64,000 nt of DNA from Chlorokybus atmophyticus (Eukaryota > Plantae > Mesostigma and Chlorokybus algae): assembly GCA_009103225.1 (NCBI GenBank), contig RHPI01003642.1:1255088-1319087 (forward strand), given 5' to 3'. Each line of letters starts with the position of its first letter. Positions within the stretch are counted from its first letter, which is position 1. This document shows positions 13,069-26,493 of the stretch, piece after piece. The position numbers and the translations under genes were made by a program. The notes under the pieces were generated by a model that did not search any database, was not told the origin of the DNA, and saw only the letters and a program-made list of their open reading frames with translations.

Positions 13069-15614
13069 ATGGCGTTAGCGATGTCGTCGGCGTTGGCGTC
13101 ATCGACATCAGTGCAGTTTACTCGTCCTGGTGGAAAGCCCACATCAAGGCAGAGGCCGCGGAGTACCCGCGCAGGCAGGCAGCAGAGGGGCTGCTTCTGC
13201 TGCACTGGTGAGTTGCTTAATTTGCGTCCGGCTCCAAGATTGACCGCTGTGCAAGCAATGGTCACTGTGGCTTCAGGAATGCACCGCGGCCGTTGTCGAT
13301 GCTTTTCTTTCCGTATACTTTAAGCAGTGCTAATAGTCTGCGTTTGAGTATGGCCCTCAACGTGTCCAATACTTATTTAGCTACACTGATAAAAGCTCAA
13401 CTCGATGTGTTGCTGATTTCAGGAACTCTAGCAAAGGTTCTTACAGAATAACTGCAAGCAGTTCCCTGTACTTGCTGTTGGGACACTGGTGGTTAGGTTA
13501 GCACCTCTGCCACAAGCGCCAGCTGCTCAGCTAGTTGTCAAGGCATGAGCAACCCAGTATTTACCAACTCGTTTTTTTCGCCTGGCCGCAGTGCAACACA
13601 GCTCACTGAAGCTGGTTTTGCCAGTAGCAAAGCCAGCTTCAGTGAGCAGCAGTGTGCTACAGCTGGCTATCGGTACAGCCATGTAGTCGTCGTCTGCACG
13701 AGCTGTACTGCAATTGTTGACTGTTGCTTGCTATCTTCAACTTCAACAGTAGTCTCTGTGTCATTTGGCCGTTGTGTACGAATACGGTCAAAGTCCAGAA
13801 ATCCTACTTCTCCAACAAAGTTTAGCAATCAACAGTGTAAGTGTGAAGTCGAACGCTAGCAAGCATTTGACATCTTGTTAATTGGCAGATTTTGGTCCCG
13901 ACACTTTTGAGGAAAATGGACAGGCGAGCAGTGTGCAAGCCTCCCCTTTGCGAGACATCCCTGGGGAAGTTTCATCCAGTTCAGCAGGCCCACCTTCCAC
14001 CTCAACAATGTTATCACCATCAACATCAGCATCACAGCAGCTGCGCCCCGCGCGAGGGAGCACCATGAGGGTTTCAGCTTCGCCTTCATCAGCAGCAGGA
14101 GCTATCCAAGAGCCAAGTGCATCGCAGCTTGTGCTTCCTCGGCGAAGGGGCCGGGCGGTGGATCCGTCTGAAGTGTCGAGTACTGGCGACTTGGATGATT
14201 TCAGCCTGCAGGAGAGCGACACTTTCTGGCCCGTGCAGGCGTATTATGTCGCGCGGTACATAGACACAAAGAGGGTGAGAAGGGAGCTGGGTTTGGCTGT
14301 GCCTGGGTCTGGTTGTGATGCAGGGTTGAACTCACTGTTTGCGTCTCGCGTTTGGGCAGCTTTTGGACAGAGTGTTTCCTGGCAGCAAAGTTTACAACAA
14401 CGCCACCAACAGTTCCAGCATTGTAGTGGCCATTGATTATGACACTCCGGTAAGCAATATGTTATTTTTCGATGTTATGATAGAGCCTTTGCAACCAGCT
14501 TCAGCACTCACAAACTGCCCGATTACGCAGATGGACGCAAGGAAGTACATGGTTGTGTATTCATATGGAGCCATTGTGGGCTTCAAGTTGACTTCACGTG
14601 AGATGCAGCGCTACATTGACTTAATTGGTGCATTTGGCGACACGGCTGGACTTGATAAGGATGTGGAAAGCTCCAAGGTTGAAGGTGAATGTTAGGAGAG
14701 TATTGTTGGCCTGTATGATTGGACAGTGTTACCAACACATTTCAATATGTGCAGAGTATCAGCTCGTTGTTCGCCCAGAGTTGCCGTCTTGGAGCAAGTA
14801 CGACCCGCGCGCAGACTTCATGATCCTTCAAACGCTTGACATCAATAATGTCAGGATTATATCTAGTGTTCTGGCCCTCAGTGTTGCCCTCAACCACTAT
14901 GAACGAAGGGTACTTGCTCACAATGAGTTTCTGAACGTCAATGACATACTCAATCACAGCATGCATCGCAACTCACATCATAGATACTGACGGCGTGTGC
15001 GTGTTTGCAGGTCGAAGAGGTGTTGAACCGGTTTGGTGTTGTAAACAATGAGATGCAGTTGACCGGCACCTTCACATTGCAAAAGAAGCAAGTGTTTCAG
15101 TTGGTAGCAACCATCAACAACGTGTTTACCGACGCCTTGCACAAGATCCGCGTCTTGGAAAGGTAAAATGAACGAGATGTCAAGAAATACGCAAGTGTTG
15201 GATGTGTGTGTGCGCGCATGCGTGCCTTTGACGTGATTACATCAACACAAGGGATTGATGTGTCTATGCTGGGCCAGGTCTGAAACTGCATGGAAATCAG
15301 CCAAGTACAGTGAAATTTGGGAGACATTGCGCGATGAGTTTGAGATCGAGAACCGTTATGACACAATGAAAGACAAGTTGGACCTTGTGCAGGTAGGCAG
15401 AGTACCTTGTGACACAAGTGTCAGGTTGTTGTTGGCTTTAATCAGTTGTCTTGTGTGCTCAACCTCACTCATGTCGCTTTCCTGTTGGCAGTTGAACTTG
15501 AGGTTCTTCCTTGAGGTCATGCAGAACAAGAAGGCCGACTTTTTAGAGTGGATTATCATAGTTCTGATTGCAGTGGAGATCGGGCTGAGTGTATATCGCG
15601 ACATCATAATGTAA
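13069..15614 (+). CDS. RMND1: RMND1/RMD1/Sif2 (DUF155) family protein, multi-exon, probable organellar transit peptide
   Basis: Exon peptides: FWPVQAYYVARYID; YMVVYSYGAIVGF; DFMILQTLDINNVRIISSVLALSVALNHYER; VFQLVATINNVFTDALHKIRVLER; SETAWKSAKYSEIWETLRDEFEIENRY; QNKKADFLEWIIIVLIAVEI. Stop at 15612-15614. The ATG at 13069 is inferred from a Ser/Ala/Arg-rich exon ending at a GTGAGT donor; 5' exons are uncertain. Confidence 0.85.
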
Positions 15615-15832
15615 GGTACACACAGCTAATCCTGGTTGAAGCCGGCAAGCAGCTTAGTTATGTAGATTAGGTGCACAGTGTATATCAGCAATTACACTAC
15701 ATTAGCTGCAATACCAGCAACAGCTAAACCACTGAGCCTAGTCATAGTTGTTGACATGTAATTGGTGTGATGTGTACTTGTAAGTACGCTCTTGTGGCAA
15801 GCCAGCTCCACCACATTGCTTTGTGGTGTTGG

Positions 15833-17795
15833 TCATTCAATGCCGCAATCCCCTACAACGACATTTGTCTGCGGATGTCCATTGCTTGATGCGGCTTGTT
15901 CCTCTGTGGCCGCATGACACAACAGTAAGTTTTCTGGTAGCATAGATGAGACACATCGGGCTAATGCTGTCCCACGGCGGTGAGAGGCACTTCCAACAAG
16001 CAGGTCAGTGTATGTGCTCACCTATCCTCGTTAACACTTCCAAGCCTTCTACTACACGCCCAATAACCACATGCTTTCCTGTACAGCGAAAGGCATTCAA
16101 GACATTTTTGCTGTGCTTCAGTAGTCAACCTCCCGAGTTGGGATGTCACACATGTTGGCTCACCATCAAGCTGTGGAGCGGGCGCGAATGTGACATAAAA
16201 CTGGCTGGTGTTGCTATTTTTTCCAGAGTTGGCCATGCCCACCACACCGGCAGCGTCATGCTTGTGCTTGAGTCCGCTCTTCTCGTCGTTGAACTTGGCA
16301 CCATATATGCTGTCACCACCGCTGCCATCACCTACACACGACGACTGTGAGGGCAGGCCAACACTAACAGCCTCAACAACCCAACAACACGAGCGTGATT
16401 ATGGAGACCTGAAAAGCAAGTGACACAAGTAAATACCTCGCACGATGTCGCCGCCCTGACACATAAACCCTTTGACAATGCGGTGCATGTGACAACCCCT
16501 GCGGTAGGGACGCATTACATCGCATGCGAGTACATGAACACAAGTGCAAGTGCAAGTGCACTGTCTTACTTGTAGTGCAAAGGCTTGCCACTTTGTTTCC
16601 CAACACCCCGCTCGCCCGTGATTAGGCAGCGGAAGTTCTCCACAGCCTTGGGCACCTGCGTGAAGTGCATGTGAGCACCTCTGCATTCTGCAATTGGCAT
16701 GTGCATGGCTATGGCTGTGGCAGCTGTTGCAACATACAAGCTCACATCATCGCGCAGCTCGATGACGAGACGGCCCGCGCGCAATGGTGTTGGTTGACGT
16801 AGTAGCAAGGGTCCCTACAGTGTAGGCAGCGGGTGTGCGCATCACCAACCAGAACATCAAGCCTTACACGTCACGTCATTCGCAGAATAACCGCCATTGT
16901 GTCATACACGTGCGCATCCCTGTCACGCACTGACCTGGGCGCTTCGTGTTGGGTCGCTGTTGTAGGCGTCAACCAACATCTGAGCATCTGCACGTGTAGA
17001 TGTTAAGAAGCAGCGCGAATGCTTATCCCAATTTCGAACAAGCATTGCTGCTTCTGGTGTCGCCAGCTGCTGGGCTTCTACTACTACTTGCTGGTGAACA
17101 GTTGTTGCTTTTATCACAGTGACTGACTTGATAATGGTGTGTTGAACATGTACTAATACCTTGTGAGTGTAAGTTATACGTGGTCTTGGCGACAACTGAC
17201 AAGTCAGCGATTAGTTTGTTGTATGCGCACAAAAGGATCAAGGTGCATGCGCGCAGACATGTTTGCGCACGTGCGTATGCTTGCGCACCTGTCCCGTCCT
17301 TGTGCATGTGCATGTGTGCACGCGTTGGTGTACGTGTATGCGCATGCTCGTGCTTGGGTGTGTCATACATTGAGCACGAGGGGCGCATGCTTGCATATTG
17401 TAAGCATGCGCGCCTATATTGTGCGCATGCGTGCATATTGTAAGCATGCGAATGCGCGCCCATATTGCAAGCATGCGCATGCTTGCAATATGCACGCATG
17501 CGCATGCGCGCACGCCTCTGCTTGGGTGTATTCGTGCATTTGCGTAGGCACATGTAGTTTCGTGTCTGTGTGCGTGCCTACATGCCTGCGTGTGGTGGAA
17601 ACAAAGACGAACTGCATACTCACACAGCTTCTTACCGTCATCGCTGAGGTCGTCCGGAGCGCCAGCACCCTCGCCTATCCCATAACGAGCGCCGCACTCG
17701 GCTAGAAACCCTACCGCGCGGGCGTACGCCGACTCCGCCTCCGCCGCCTCCGCCGCTGACCCCACGTCCACGTCCAGCCACACCCTCACTGGCAT
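15833..17795 (-). CDS. cyclophilin-type peptidyl-prolyl isomerase with N-terminal extension
   Basis: Exon peptides: [12 protein letters not shown]; [11 protein letters not shown]; [23 protein letters not shown]; [14 protein letters not shown]; [28 protein letters not shown]; [12 protein letters not shown]; [17 protein letters not shown] junctions. Confidence 0.92.
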
Positions 17796-20495
17796 TTTGC
17801 CAAACAATCCGCCTCAGTTCCAACAGCCAGATCCTACATGTCCTCGTCCTTTCGCATGTCTTCCTTCGTGTCCATCGCTGTGGGCATGTATTGGGAAAGG
17901 CGACGCTGGCGGGGAATGGGCGGCGGCCGGGTCGCTGAGCATGTAGCTGTGCGTGAACGACCGCTGAATGCTGTGAGTTGATGACCAGGCCTTACAGAAA
18001 CACTCGTTGTCAAGCCAGAAAATTGGGCATCGACACATGGGCAATGCAAGGGTGAGCACTCTGGCTGTTATGCACAACACAGTAACGCAGAGTACGATCC
18101 AACCACGCTTGTCCGCACAATACCGAACTGCAATAACGCCTCATGGAAGGCACACATTCGAAGCAGCATTGAACATGTGTGTTTATATTCTAATTCTTTA
18201 AGTATAAAGTAAATGTTATGTTATTGGAGACCAATACGCTGTAACCTTGATGAGGTTGTACTGTATATATTAACATATATCATGTAACAATTGATTGAGT
18301 TTCATTGCGTTCATCTCATCATTGTGACGATCACGCTGTTCATTTTTACATTCCACATGAAGTTTTTTAAATGCACTTGTGTATTGCATTACGCGAGCTA
18401 CATTGTTATTATGCTGTGTATTTGGCTTGGCAAAGTCTGGTACATCTTGTCACGATGCTCGATGCTGCAATGATGGATGCTTTAGTCACGTTCATATGCG
18501 TTTAGAAACCTGCCACGCCGCGTCATGTGGACGAAGTTATCATGGACATATGACTTTTTGTGAAGCATGCACTTCACGGTTGCTCACCATCGCAACACAT
18601 CATCACACACATGTGACGATGATAAACACAACCATAACGGCAAGGCTCCTTTACCAGCAAACTGGAGGTTGGGCAGCATAAACAATTCGCATTGTAGCAT
18701 AATTGTGATTCAAATATTAATCAATGGGCGATCGTTGTGGTTTAGCTCTGCTGCCTGCCATGCAAAACAGTGATGCCAATAGAGGGCGAGACTCTTAAAC
18801 TCCTCACATGTTGGATGACTTTGAGCCACACGGAATGATGACCTGCCTGGAATGCAAAGCTCAGCTGCAGCGCTAGTCATCTAGGCAACTCGTCTCCCGC
18901 ATGCAAAGGAGTGCTTTGCGTTGTGGGGTTGCCGTTGTTAACAAGTTGTTTGGCAGCACACCGAGCAGCCGCCAGCAGCATGGCTCAGCGCAGAAGCCCT
19001 GGTGGAGGCAAGCATTGTTGTAGCAAATAGTTGTAGCACGATTCAGAGATTACTACTGAGCAAGCTGGAGCGTGCTAAGCGAATGCTTTGATATGAAGTG
19101 TCGAAAGCAAGAAGCAGCTCGCGATTAGCAGATGAAAATGCATCTGAAACAGAAGCAGTCTTACAGCTTTCAACACTCATGTGCGCTCAGCGAGGCGCCA
19201 GCGGCTGCTAGTGCAACAGCAATGCGCCAATTCGCATGCACATTAGCATGAGAGTAGCTCACCCAAAGATATTCTTGTTTAATTGCCGCTCAAATTGGTA
19301 ATGACATAATCGTAATGGTAATTCATGCACTAATGTGCTAATTGCTTAACATTCATTGATGTTGCTCGGTACACGGAACACGCAAAGCAATCAATCCAAT
19401 TTTAGAATAAGAAGGCAACCACTTGAAGCCAAATTGAATGGGTGTGCATGTCAGCTTTTCAGCTCTTGCTCAATTGTATTAAGCCAGATTTGAAGTTACC
19501 TACTGTTGCAGTAGCGGATAGTCATCTCAATTGCTGGCAACAAAACAAATTCACACATGGATTGCTATATGCTGAGAGCATGTGTACAAGGACACTATGA
19601 GGGTGAGTTGTGGTGATGTGAACATGCAGTACAACTATCAGATGCACTTACGTTTATCACCTCATTGCTTTCATGCAAGCTGCGTTCGGATTTCGAGCAT
19701 TGCTATTCCTCGCATCCTATACTCGCTTGTCATAGCAGAGCTGCTCGAGTGCAGGCCTTGTGGCAATAATTGTTGGGTAAGGACCCCTTCACATGTCGAA
19801 CATTTGCACAATCGTAAGAGATGTAATGCTTCATCTAGCAATCCTTGCTGTAATTGTGAAGGGTCTTGGTTGCAAAATTGCCTGCGTTTAATTACAAGAA
19901 CGTCAAGGACTAGTACCGTTTGTTTATGACATAAACCAATTATTAATGAAGGCGCAAGGTGAGACTTGCTTGGTGTATTTGTAATGATACCTTGAGCATG
20001 CACTACTTGTGCCATGAATCCAATCGCATGTAAGGTGGCGAGTAAGCGCAAGAAGAATCACACAATCCCAAGCACATCCACCATGACATCGATCGCAACA
20101 CAAAGGAGCATTACACTTAGCACTCACTCTTAGCTCAACCAATATAAGCAAAAGCATGCACACATTCAAACTCAAGTACGGCATCAATGACTCACTCGAA
20201 CGCTTGTACTTGAGCTGCCACTCACTCGGGCAACAATGGTGAGTGTTTGCATAACAGTGACTCACACTCGGATTGTTTGTGCTTGCGTTTGTTGGCAACG
20301 GTGAATGTACGCGTCCGGCCCCACAGTCTGTTGACAAAGCCTCTTCACAAACTTTGTCACACATATGAAATCCATCTACAAATTTGCGCTGCATGCACTG
20401 TCTCATTGCCCATCATAGCCGAGCTGTAGCTCAAGCTAAGGTCTGGTCGTGGTCATTCCTGTTGCTATGCATATCCTCCTATCAGCTTTCAAGCT

Positions 20496-20499
<4 letters not shown>

Positions 20500-20545
<46 letters not shown>
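20500..20545. repeat. (TA)n microsatellite
   Basis: About 23 perfect TA units. Confidence 0.98.
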
Positions 20546-20547
<2 letters not shown>

Positions 20548-20739
20548 CTGGTTGCAGCTTACACAGAGGTTGGTGTGGGGTTCTTGAGTTGTAGGGCTGC
20601 TACTTGCACAGCTTGCCAGCGACCCATGCGTCATCGCCGGTGTTAAGCTGCGCTGTGCCGTAACATGTGGTGACATTCTCCCCACAACCCAAGAGCTTGC
20701 ACACCTGCAGTCAGCAGAAGATGTGACACATTCGTGCGT

Positions 20740-23700
20740 GCGTTTGTGTGCTGTTGCGTGTGCTGTAAGTTGCGCACATTGCTGTAGCGGCGTTGTCGGT
20801 GTAGTATGCCCAGTACTTGCAGGCGAGGTTGGTCTTGCACTTGTGGCAGCAGGTGTCGGCGTTGGGCACATGCTTAATCAACTTGATTCGGGTCAGCGGG
20901 GGATAATGCCACAGCCCTGTGGACACTGGCTTTGAACAGAAGGACTTGCACACCTTGGCACCGTCAAGACGCGTCTGAACAAGCACCGGATGAGTAAGTA
21001 AAGGCAAGGTGCAGGCACTCACACATACAATCACTCACGCACGGGCATGCACATACCTGTATGCATGGCAGCAGCCACACTGACAGCAACGGTAAAGTCC
21101 ACGCACCTGTTCCTATAACCCATGTTGGCAGATGCAGCGATAGCCGCTAGTCACTGGCTGGCAACGGCCATAGGGGCCGCAAGGGTTGGGCTTAGGGCAT
21201 ATGTGTACTGTGCACATAGTCAATATAGGCTGGCAAGCCTTGAGAAAGTGGCATGCAGTCTCACATGCATGTATGCACACTTGCTGCAACCCCTCCACGT
21301 GTGCACTCACCAGGTGGAGGTGGGGTTGGTGGCGATGGCGGTGGTGGGGATGGAGGTCTTGGCGGTGGTGGGGATGGAGGTCTTGGCGGTTATGAGGACG
21401 GAGGTGATGGTGGTGGTGGGGATGGAGGTCTTGGCGGTGGTGGGGACGGAGGTGATGGCGGTGGTGGGGACGGAGGCGATGGCGGTGGTGGGGATGGAGG
21501 TCTTCGTGGTGGTGGGGATGGAGGTCTTGGCGGTGGTGGAGATGGCGGTGATGGCGGTGGTGGGGATGGCGGTGATGGCGGTGGTGGGGATGGCGGTGAT
21601 GGCGGTGGTGGGGATGGAGGTGCTGGCGGTGGTGGGGACGGAGGTGATGATGGTGGTGGGGACGGAGGTGATGGCGGTGGTGGGGCTGGAGGTGAGGGTG
21701 GTGGGGGTGGTGGCAGTGGCTGCGCGAGCACAAGGATATGAATGAGTCAATTGCAGCAGTACCACTGGTTACGAACTACTGGCAGTAGTTACCAGTCCGT
21801 GGTATGAGCAAATAGCAGCTTTACTACGCTTGGCTCATGTTGGGCATTAAGCCTACCTCACAGCCGAAGGCATTGGGGAACTCATTGCAGACGCAGCGCG
21901 GGCAGACGAGGTACGAGACGTCTACGACCTCAGCAGCATACTATCTTGCACCGCCTGCATCCGCTAGCAGTGTCTAAGCAGAAAGAGGTGCCAGCATCGA
22001 CAAGGGTGCAGAGCCTATCGTAGTAAAGGAAGCCAACTCCGGTGTTGTAATTCGGCGGCTCTCTTGTGCGAGTGAAGCTGAAGCATTGATTGTGAACGGC
22101 ACAGACGCCACCAGGAGCAGGTGCAGGCGCGCTCTGTACGCCAATCCGTGAGACTGAGGTGTCAGCTGGCACCATTTGAGAGGTATCCAGCAGCAGAAAC
22201 AAAACACTTCAAACGCACCTCACAAACTCCGGCGTGACACACGCCATCCGGGCACTGCGTCCCATCCCGCTTACCGAAACAAAACTCTGCACAAGGGATA
22301 TTGAGACTCAATCACACATAGCACAAGAGACACAAGGATGACACATGTACGCACGCATGTCCACACCTTGGACGATGATAGTGAAGGAGCAGGCAGTTTC
22401 GAGCACAGCGGACCCCGAGCTGCGCTGGAAGGTCTCCTGCACGGTGAGGACAAGTCCTCTATCGGTGGCCGCGGGGTGAATGTGGCTGTGGTGTGGAGGG
22501 GTGAAGGCACCGCAACACCCGCAAGAGGGGCAATGTCAACAGCGCCGTCCGGGGTAGGCGTGATAGAGTAGAGAGGAGTTATGTCTGTGTCTGACGTGGC
22601 ATCAATGCTGAGGTTGAGGACATCCGCCACGGGAACATTACACTGGACTCCCGTAGTTTCGTTTGTGCACTGAGGCGGGAGCGGGTTCTGAATGCTGCAC
22701 ACGGGTGGCTGCGCGGCCGGGCTCACGACCCCCACGATGAAGTCCAGCGCGTGCTTGGCGGGGGCGTTGCCGCCGATACGCTCCTCAATGATCACCTGCA
22801 CGGCGTACAGCTCCCCAACAACAGTCCCGTCTGTGCGCCACGCGAGCTCGCACGAGGGGGATACTGTGAGCGTGTCGATTGCGCTTGGGTAACTGAGGAG
22901 ATGCCGGACTCGAGTGACGTGGCACGCCGGCACGTGAACGAGTTCAGGTCTGGGTCAAGCAATGGCAGCTGGATGGTATTGTCCTGCCCCCGGCCGACCA
23001 CCTGGACGATGGGCGGCGAGGTGGATACCACGCCACCGGTGTTGTTGTTGTTAATGTCGATGACGGTCTGCACGTTGAACTCGCCGTTTGGGGCGTGCCA
23101 AGCCTGCAGCAATTGTGAATGAACACCGTGTACGGGCCCGGCCCACTGTAACTCTTTGAGATCTGCCACACGGCAAGTCAGTTTCGAGCGCGCATGCGCG
23201 CTTGTATAGGTGCACAAGCGCGCATGCGCGAAATGTGTGCCAGACCTGAGCCTGGCCTTCTACAACATCTCGCTGAGCATTTGTACCATCTGTGACAGAG
23301 AGTGTGAGGCTAGGGGAACGCAACCGGTCGCTAAAGGAGAGCAAGGTCGGCAGTTGTTGGCCAACTGCAGTGAGGGTGTCGGCGACGGAGGGCGGGTCGG
23401 CACTATACTTGGAGAAGCAGCTCAACCTCCAGCTCTAGGGTTGACATGAAACTGTTGTTGGGGTGATGTGACAGAGCAGCAATTGCACGCATGGCACTGC
23501 AATACATACCTGGTTGATGGTGATGGTGACATCGTAGGGGCCAGCGTTAGGGCTGGTGTCTTTTCAGCACCAGGACGTGAAGCTGTAGCGGAAATGGGTG
23601 GCTGGGCTGTGCAAGCATGCGTGGCCAGCGCGACAAGCACAACAAACCACCACCAGGCAGGGCGTCGGTGCTGCTGACGCCCTGCCTGGCCTCATCGTGC
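20740..23700 (-). pseudogene. secreted/cell-wall multidomain protein (signal peptide, HFRY-type N-terminal domain, Pro-rich extensin-like linker, EGF-like, PAN/apple-like), frameshifted
   Basis: Motifs: WWWFVVLVALATHACTA (signal-like); THFRYSFTSW; GPYTVFIHNCCR; LPLLDPD; SCELAW...GELYAVQVIIEE; (SPPPP)n; NPCGPYGRCQPVTSGYRCIC; ADTCCHKCKTNLACKYWAY. At least 4 frameshifts or stops. Confidence 0.65.
21315..21715 (-). repeat. coding tandem repeat (SPPPP/SPPSPPPP, extensin/pherophorin-like)
   Basis: Plus strand shows repeated GGCGGTGGTGGGGATGG units. Minus frame reads PPPPSPPSPPPP repeatedly. Confidence 0.9.
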
Positions 23701-24599
23701 TCCTTCACTACACACAGGGACACAAAGTTAGCACAGTTACACCGTTTCCAGTTAGCAAACAGAAACGAGTAGTGACCACCTCTGGGAGCAATGTCTGGAT
23801 GACAGCTGTCGCGTTCATATACAGCATGCGAGTATGCATGCGCGCACGCACATATACACATGCGTGCATGCACGAGAGCCCAGAGACCAGCTTACCTTAG
23901 CCAAGGCGGGCCAGGCCGCCAGCCTTCAGCTGGGCGAGAAAGGATGAGACTGGCAGTGAGGCTATGCCTGCCGCAGTTTACCTTCCCGCACGACTGAGAA
24001 AGCATTCGCCCCAGACTTGACATGGCAAGCTCAAGTTCTGTCTCTTGGGCAGCCGAGAAGCAAGCTGGCGCGTGCTGACCCTCCGTCGTTGCGCAGCTGA
24101 CAGGACCGCTGCTGATGTGAAAGCCAGTCGCTGTCTCTCTCGACCGTGCTGCATTGACTAAGTCGCATACATAATGCTGACGGATGTGACAGCCCCCCGA
24201 CTAACCAGAATGTTGTACATGTTGCCAATGACATCTCAGGTGTCGCACCTGCCATCCGCGCCAATTCTGAGCTGTACTTTTGGAGTACAGCCCCACTTGA
24301 AGAAACCTATCCAATAGATAGGTATCTTCAATTTTAATGTACTCGTGCAGCAAAGGCCTGCCTCACACTGCTCAGCAGCGGTACCGGTAGGTAATACCTT
24401 CTGCTGAGCGTACACTACCAGTACTCACTGCATTACACACTGTAGGAAGTACCTATTCAACGTCCACATCTAGAATGCATGGAGATTACATGATGACCTC
24501 CATCAGATGGAGTGTAGTGTACCTTAGGCCTTTGTCACCAGTGTCTTACAAGCCACGCAGCAATGCAAGATTCCCAGAAGGTCGCGTCATTTTCACCGT

Positions 24600-25937
24600 C
24601 GCCCTAAACAGCCGAAGCGAACTGGCCAATGCGTGTGCAAGCCGTGAAGCTCAGCACGCCTTCGTCGTTGAACTTGCTACCATATATATATGCTTTCACC
24701 ACCACAGCTGCTGCCATCACCTACACATGATGACTGTGGTTGCAGAGCCAACACTAACAACAGGCTCAACAACCATTGACAAGAGTGTCACTTTCAAAAC
24801 ATGAAGTGCAAGTGCCACACACGTGGTCACCTTGCACGGTACGGTGCATGCGACAACCCCTGCGGTGAAAGGACATATACTGTGTAGTGTGAACGCGTGC
24901 ATAGACAAGTGTCTTACTTGTACTGCAAAGGCTTGCCACATTTCCCACACTTCGGCACCTGCCAAGCACCATTGCTGCATTCTGCATGCAATGTTGGCGG
25001 TGATGGCTGCAACTACTCACGTCATCACGCAGCTTGATGATGACACGGGCCGCGCGCAATGGCATTGGTTTGCAAAGTAGCAAGGGTCCCTACCGGCCTG
25101 CCAACCAGGAATGGTGTGCTGTTTTTGTTTTTGGTTGACACGCACGCCTGCTGCATACACGTGATGAATAGCATGCCAACATTGAATCACAAGTGTGCGC
25201 ATGTTCGTAGTCACACGCACTCACCTGAGCGCTTCGTGTTGGGTCGCTGTTGTAGGCGTCAATCAACATCTGTGCGGGCAAACACATAACACATCAAGCA
25301 CAGCACGAATGCACACCCCAACTCGAGCATTACTGCTTTGGTGTTCAGCCCTTGAGCTTCTGCCTGCCAATCAGCATACGTTGCTGTTTCAAAGTGAGCG
25401 CATTGGTGATGGTATGTCGGGCATGCACCAATGCCTCGTGGGTGTAAAGTATATGCGTGGTCTCGGTGACCAGTGACAAGCCAGCGGCTGATTTGTTGTG
25501 TGCGCACAAGACGTTGATAGAGGAGAGAGGTGCATGCTCGCAGACATGTGTACGCGCGCATGCATATGCGCACCTGTGCGTCCTGGTGCCTGTGCATGCT
25601 GGCTTACGTGGTTACGTGGGTGGGTGGGTGTCTGTATGCGCATGCGTGCAAGTCGCAAGCACGCAACCGCGCCCAGCTGGCTATGCGTGTGGTTAGCTGT
25701 GTCTGCGCATGGTGTTTGGCGTGTGCGTGCCTACGGGCCTGCGTACACATGTGTGGTGGGATTGCAAACGCAGCGCGTGAATGCACACAGCTTACCATCA
25801 TCGCTCAGGTCGTCCGGAGCGCCAGCGCCCTCGCCTACCCCATAGCGAGCGCCGCACTCAGCCAGAACGCCTAGCGCGCGGGCATCCGCCTCGGCCGCTG
25901 ACCCCACGTCCACGTCCAGCCACACCCTCACTAACAT
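24600..25937 (-). pseudogene. decayed duplicate of the cyclophilin gene
   Basis: [12 protein letters not shown]; [15 protein letters not shown]; LRAARVIIKLRDD match the 15833-17795 gene, and intron similarity is retained. The later exons carry deletions and frameshifts. Confidence 0.9.
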
Positions 25938-26493
25938 AATGCCAAACAAACAAGCCCCCAATCCTGGAATGCAATCCCCGCAGCCAACTGCTACATGTCC
26001 TTGTGCTTGTGCTTGTGCTTGTGCTTGTGCTTGTGCTTGTGCTTGTGCTTGTCTTCCTCGTTGTCCATGGCTGTGATCATGTCTCGGCAACGGCGGCGCT
26101 GGCGGGGAAGGGCGGCGACCGGGTCGCTGAGCATGCAGCTGTGTGCGTGCGTAGCGTTGACAACTGCTCATCAGCCTGCAGTGCCTGAGAGTTGATGATT
26201 GGGTAGGCCCTTGTAAAGCACTCGTTGTCGAGCTAGGAAACTGGGCATTCATGCAAGTTCATTCAAGGGTGAGCACTTCGGCTATTTACAATGCACAACG
26301 TGAAAGGGCAGACGCAAAATATAAGCTAAACTCGTTGCATGGTACTTGTTGACAACAGAACCTTGGTTGAGGCACAACCGGTTGAAAAAGCAATCAATAG
26401 TTGGGTGCTTTCTAATGCTTCATTTTCATAAGCACTACAATTTCGCCCATAAAATAAATGCTTTATGGTTGCAACACATGTGTTGTATTCTTA

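Noticed and set aside
18780-20420. Scattered ORFs between the cyclophilin and the secreted pseudogene
   Set aside because: No motifs and no consistent exon structure. They may include further decayed exons but cannot be supported.
21122-21765. Gly-rich, Val/Met-rich, His-rich and Thr-rich ORFs
   Set aside because: Alternative frames and antisense of the Pro-rich coding repeat. The SPPPP frame fits best between the flanking EGF and upstream exons.
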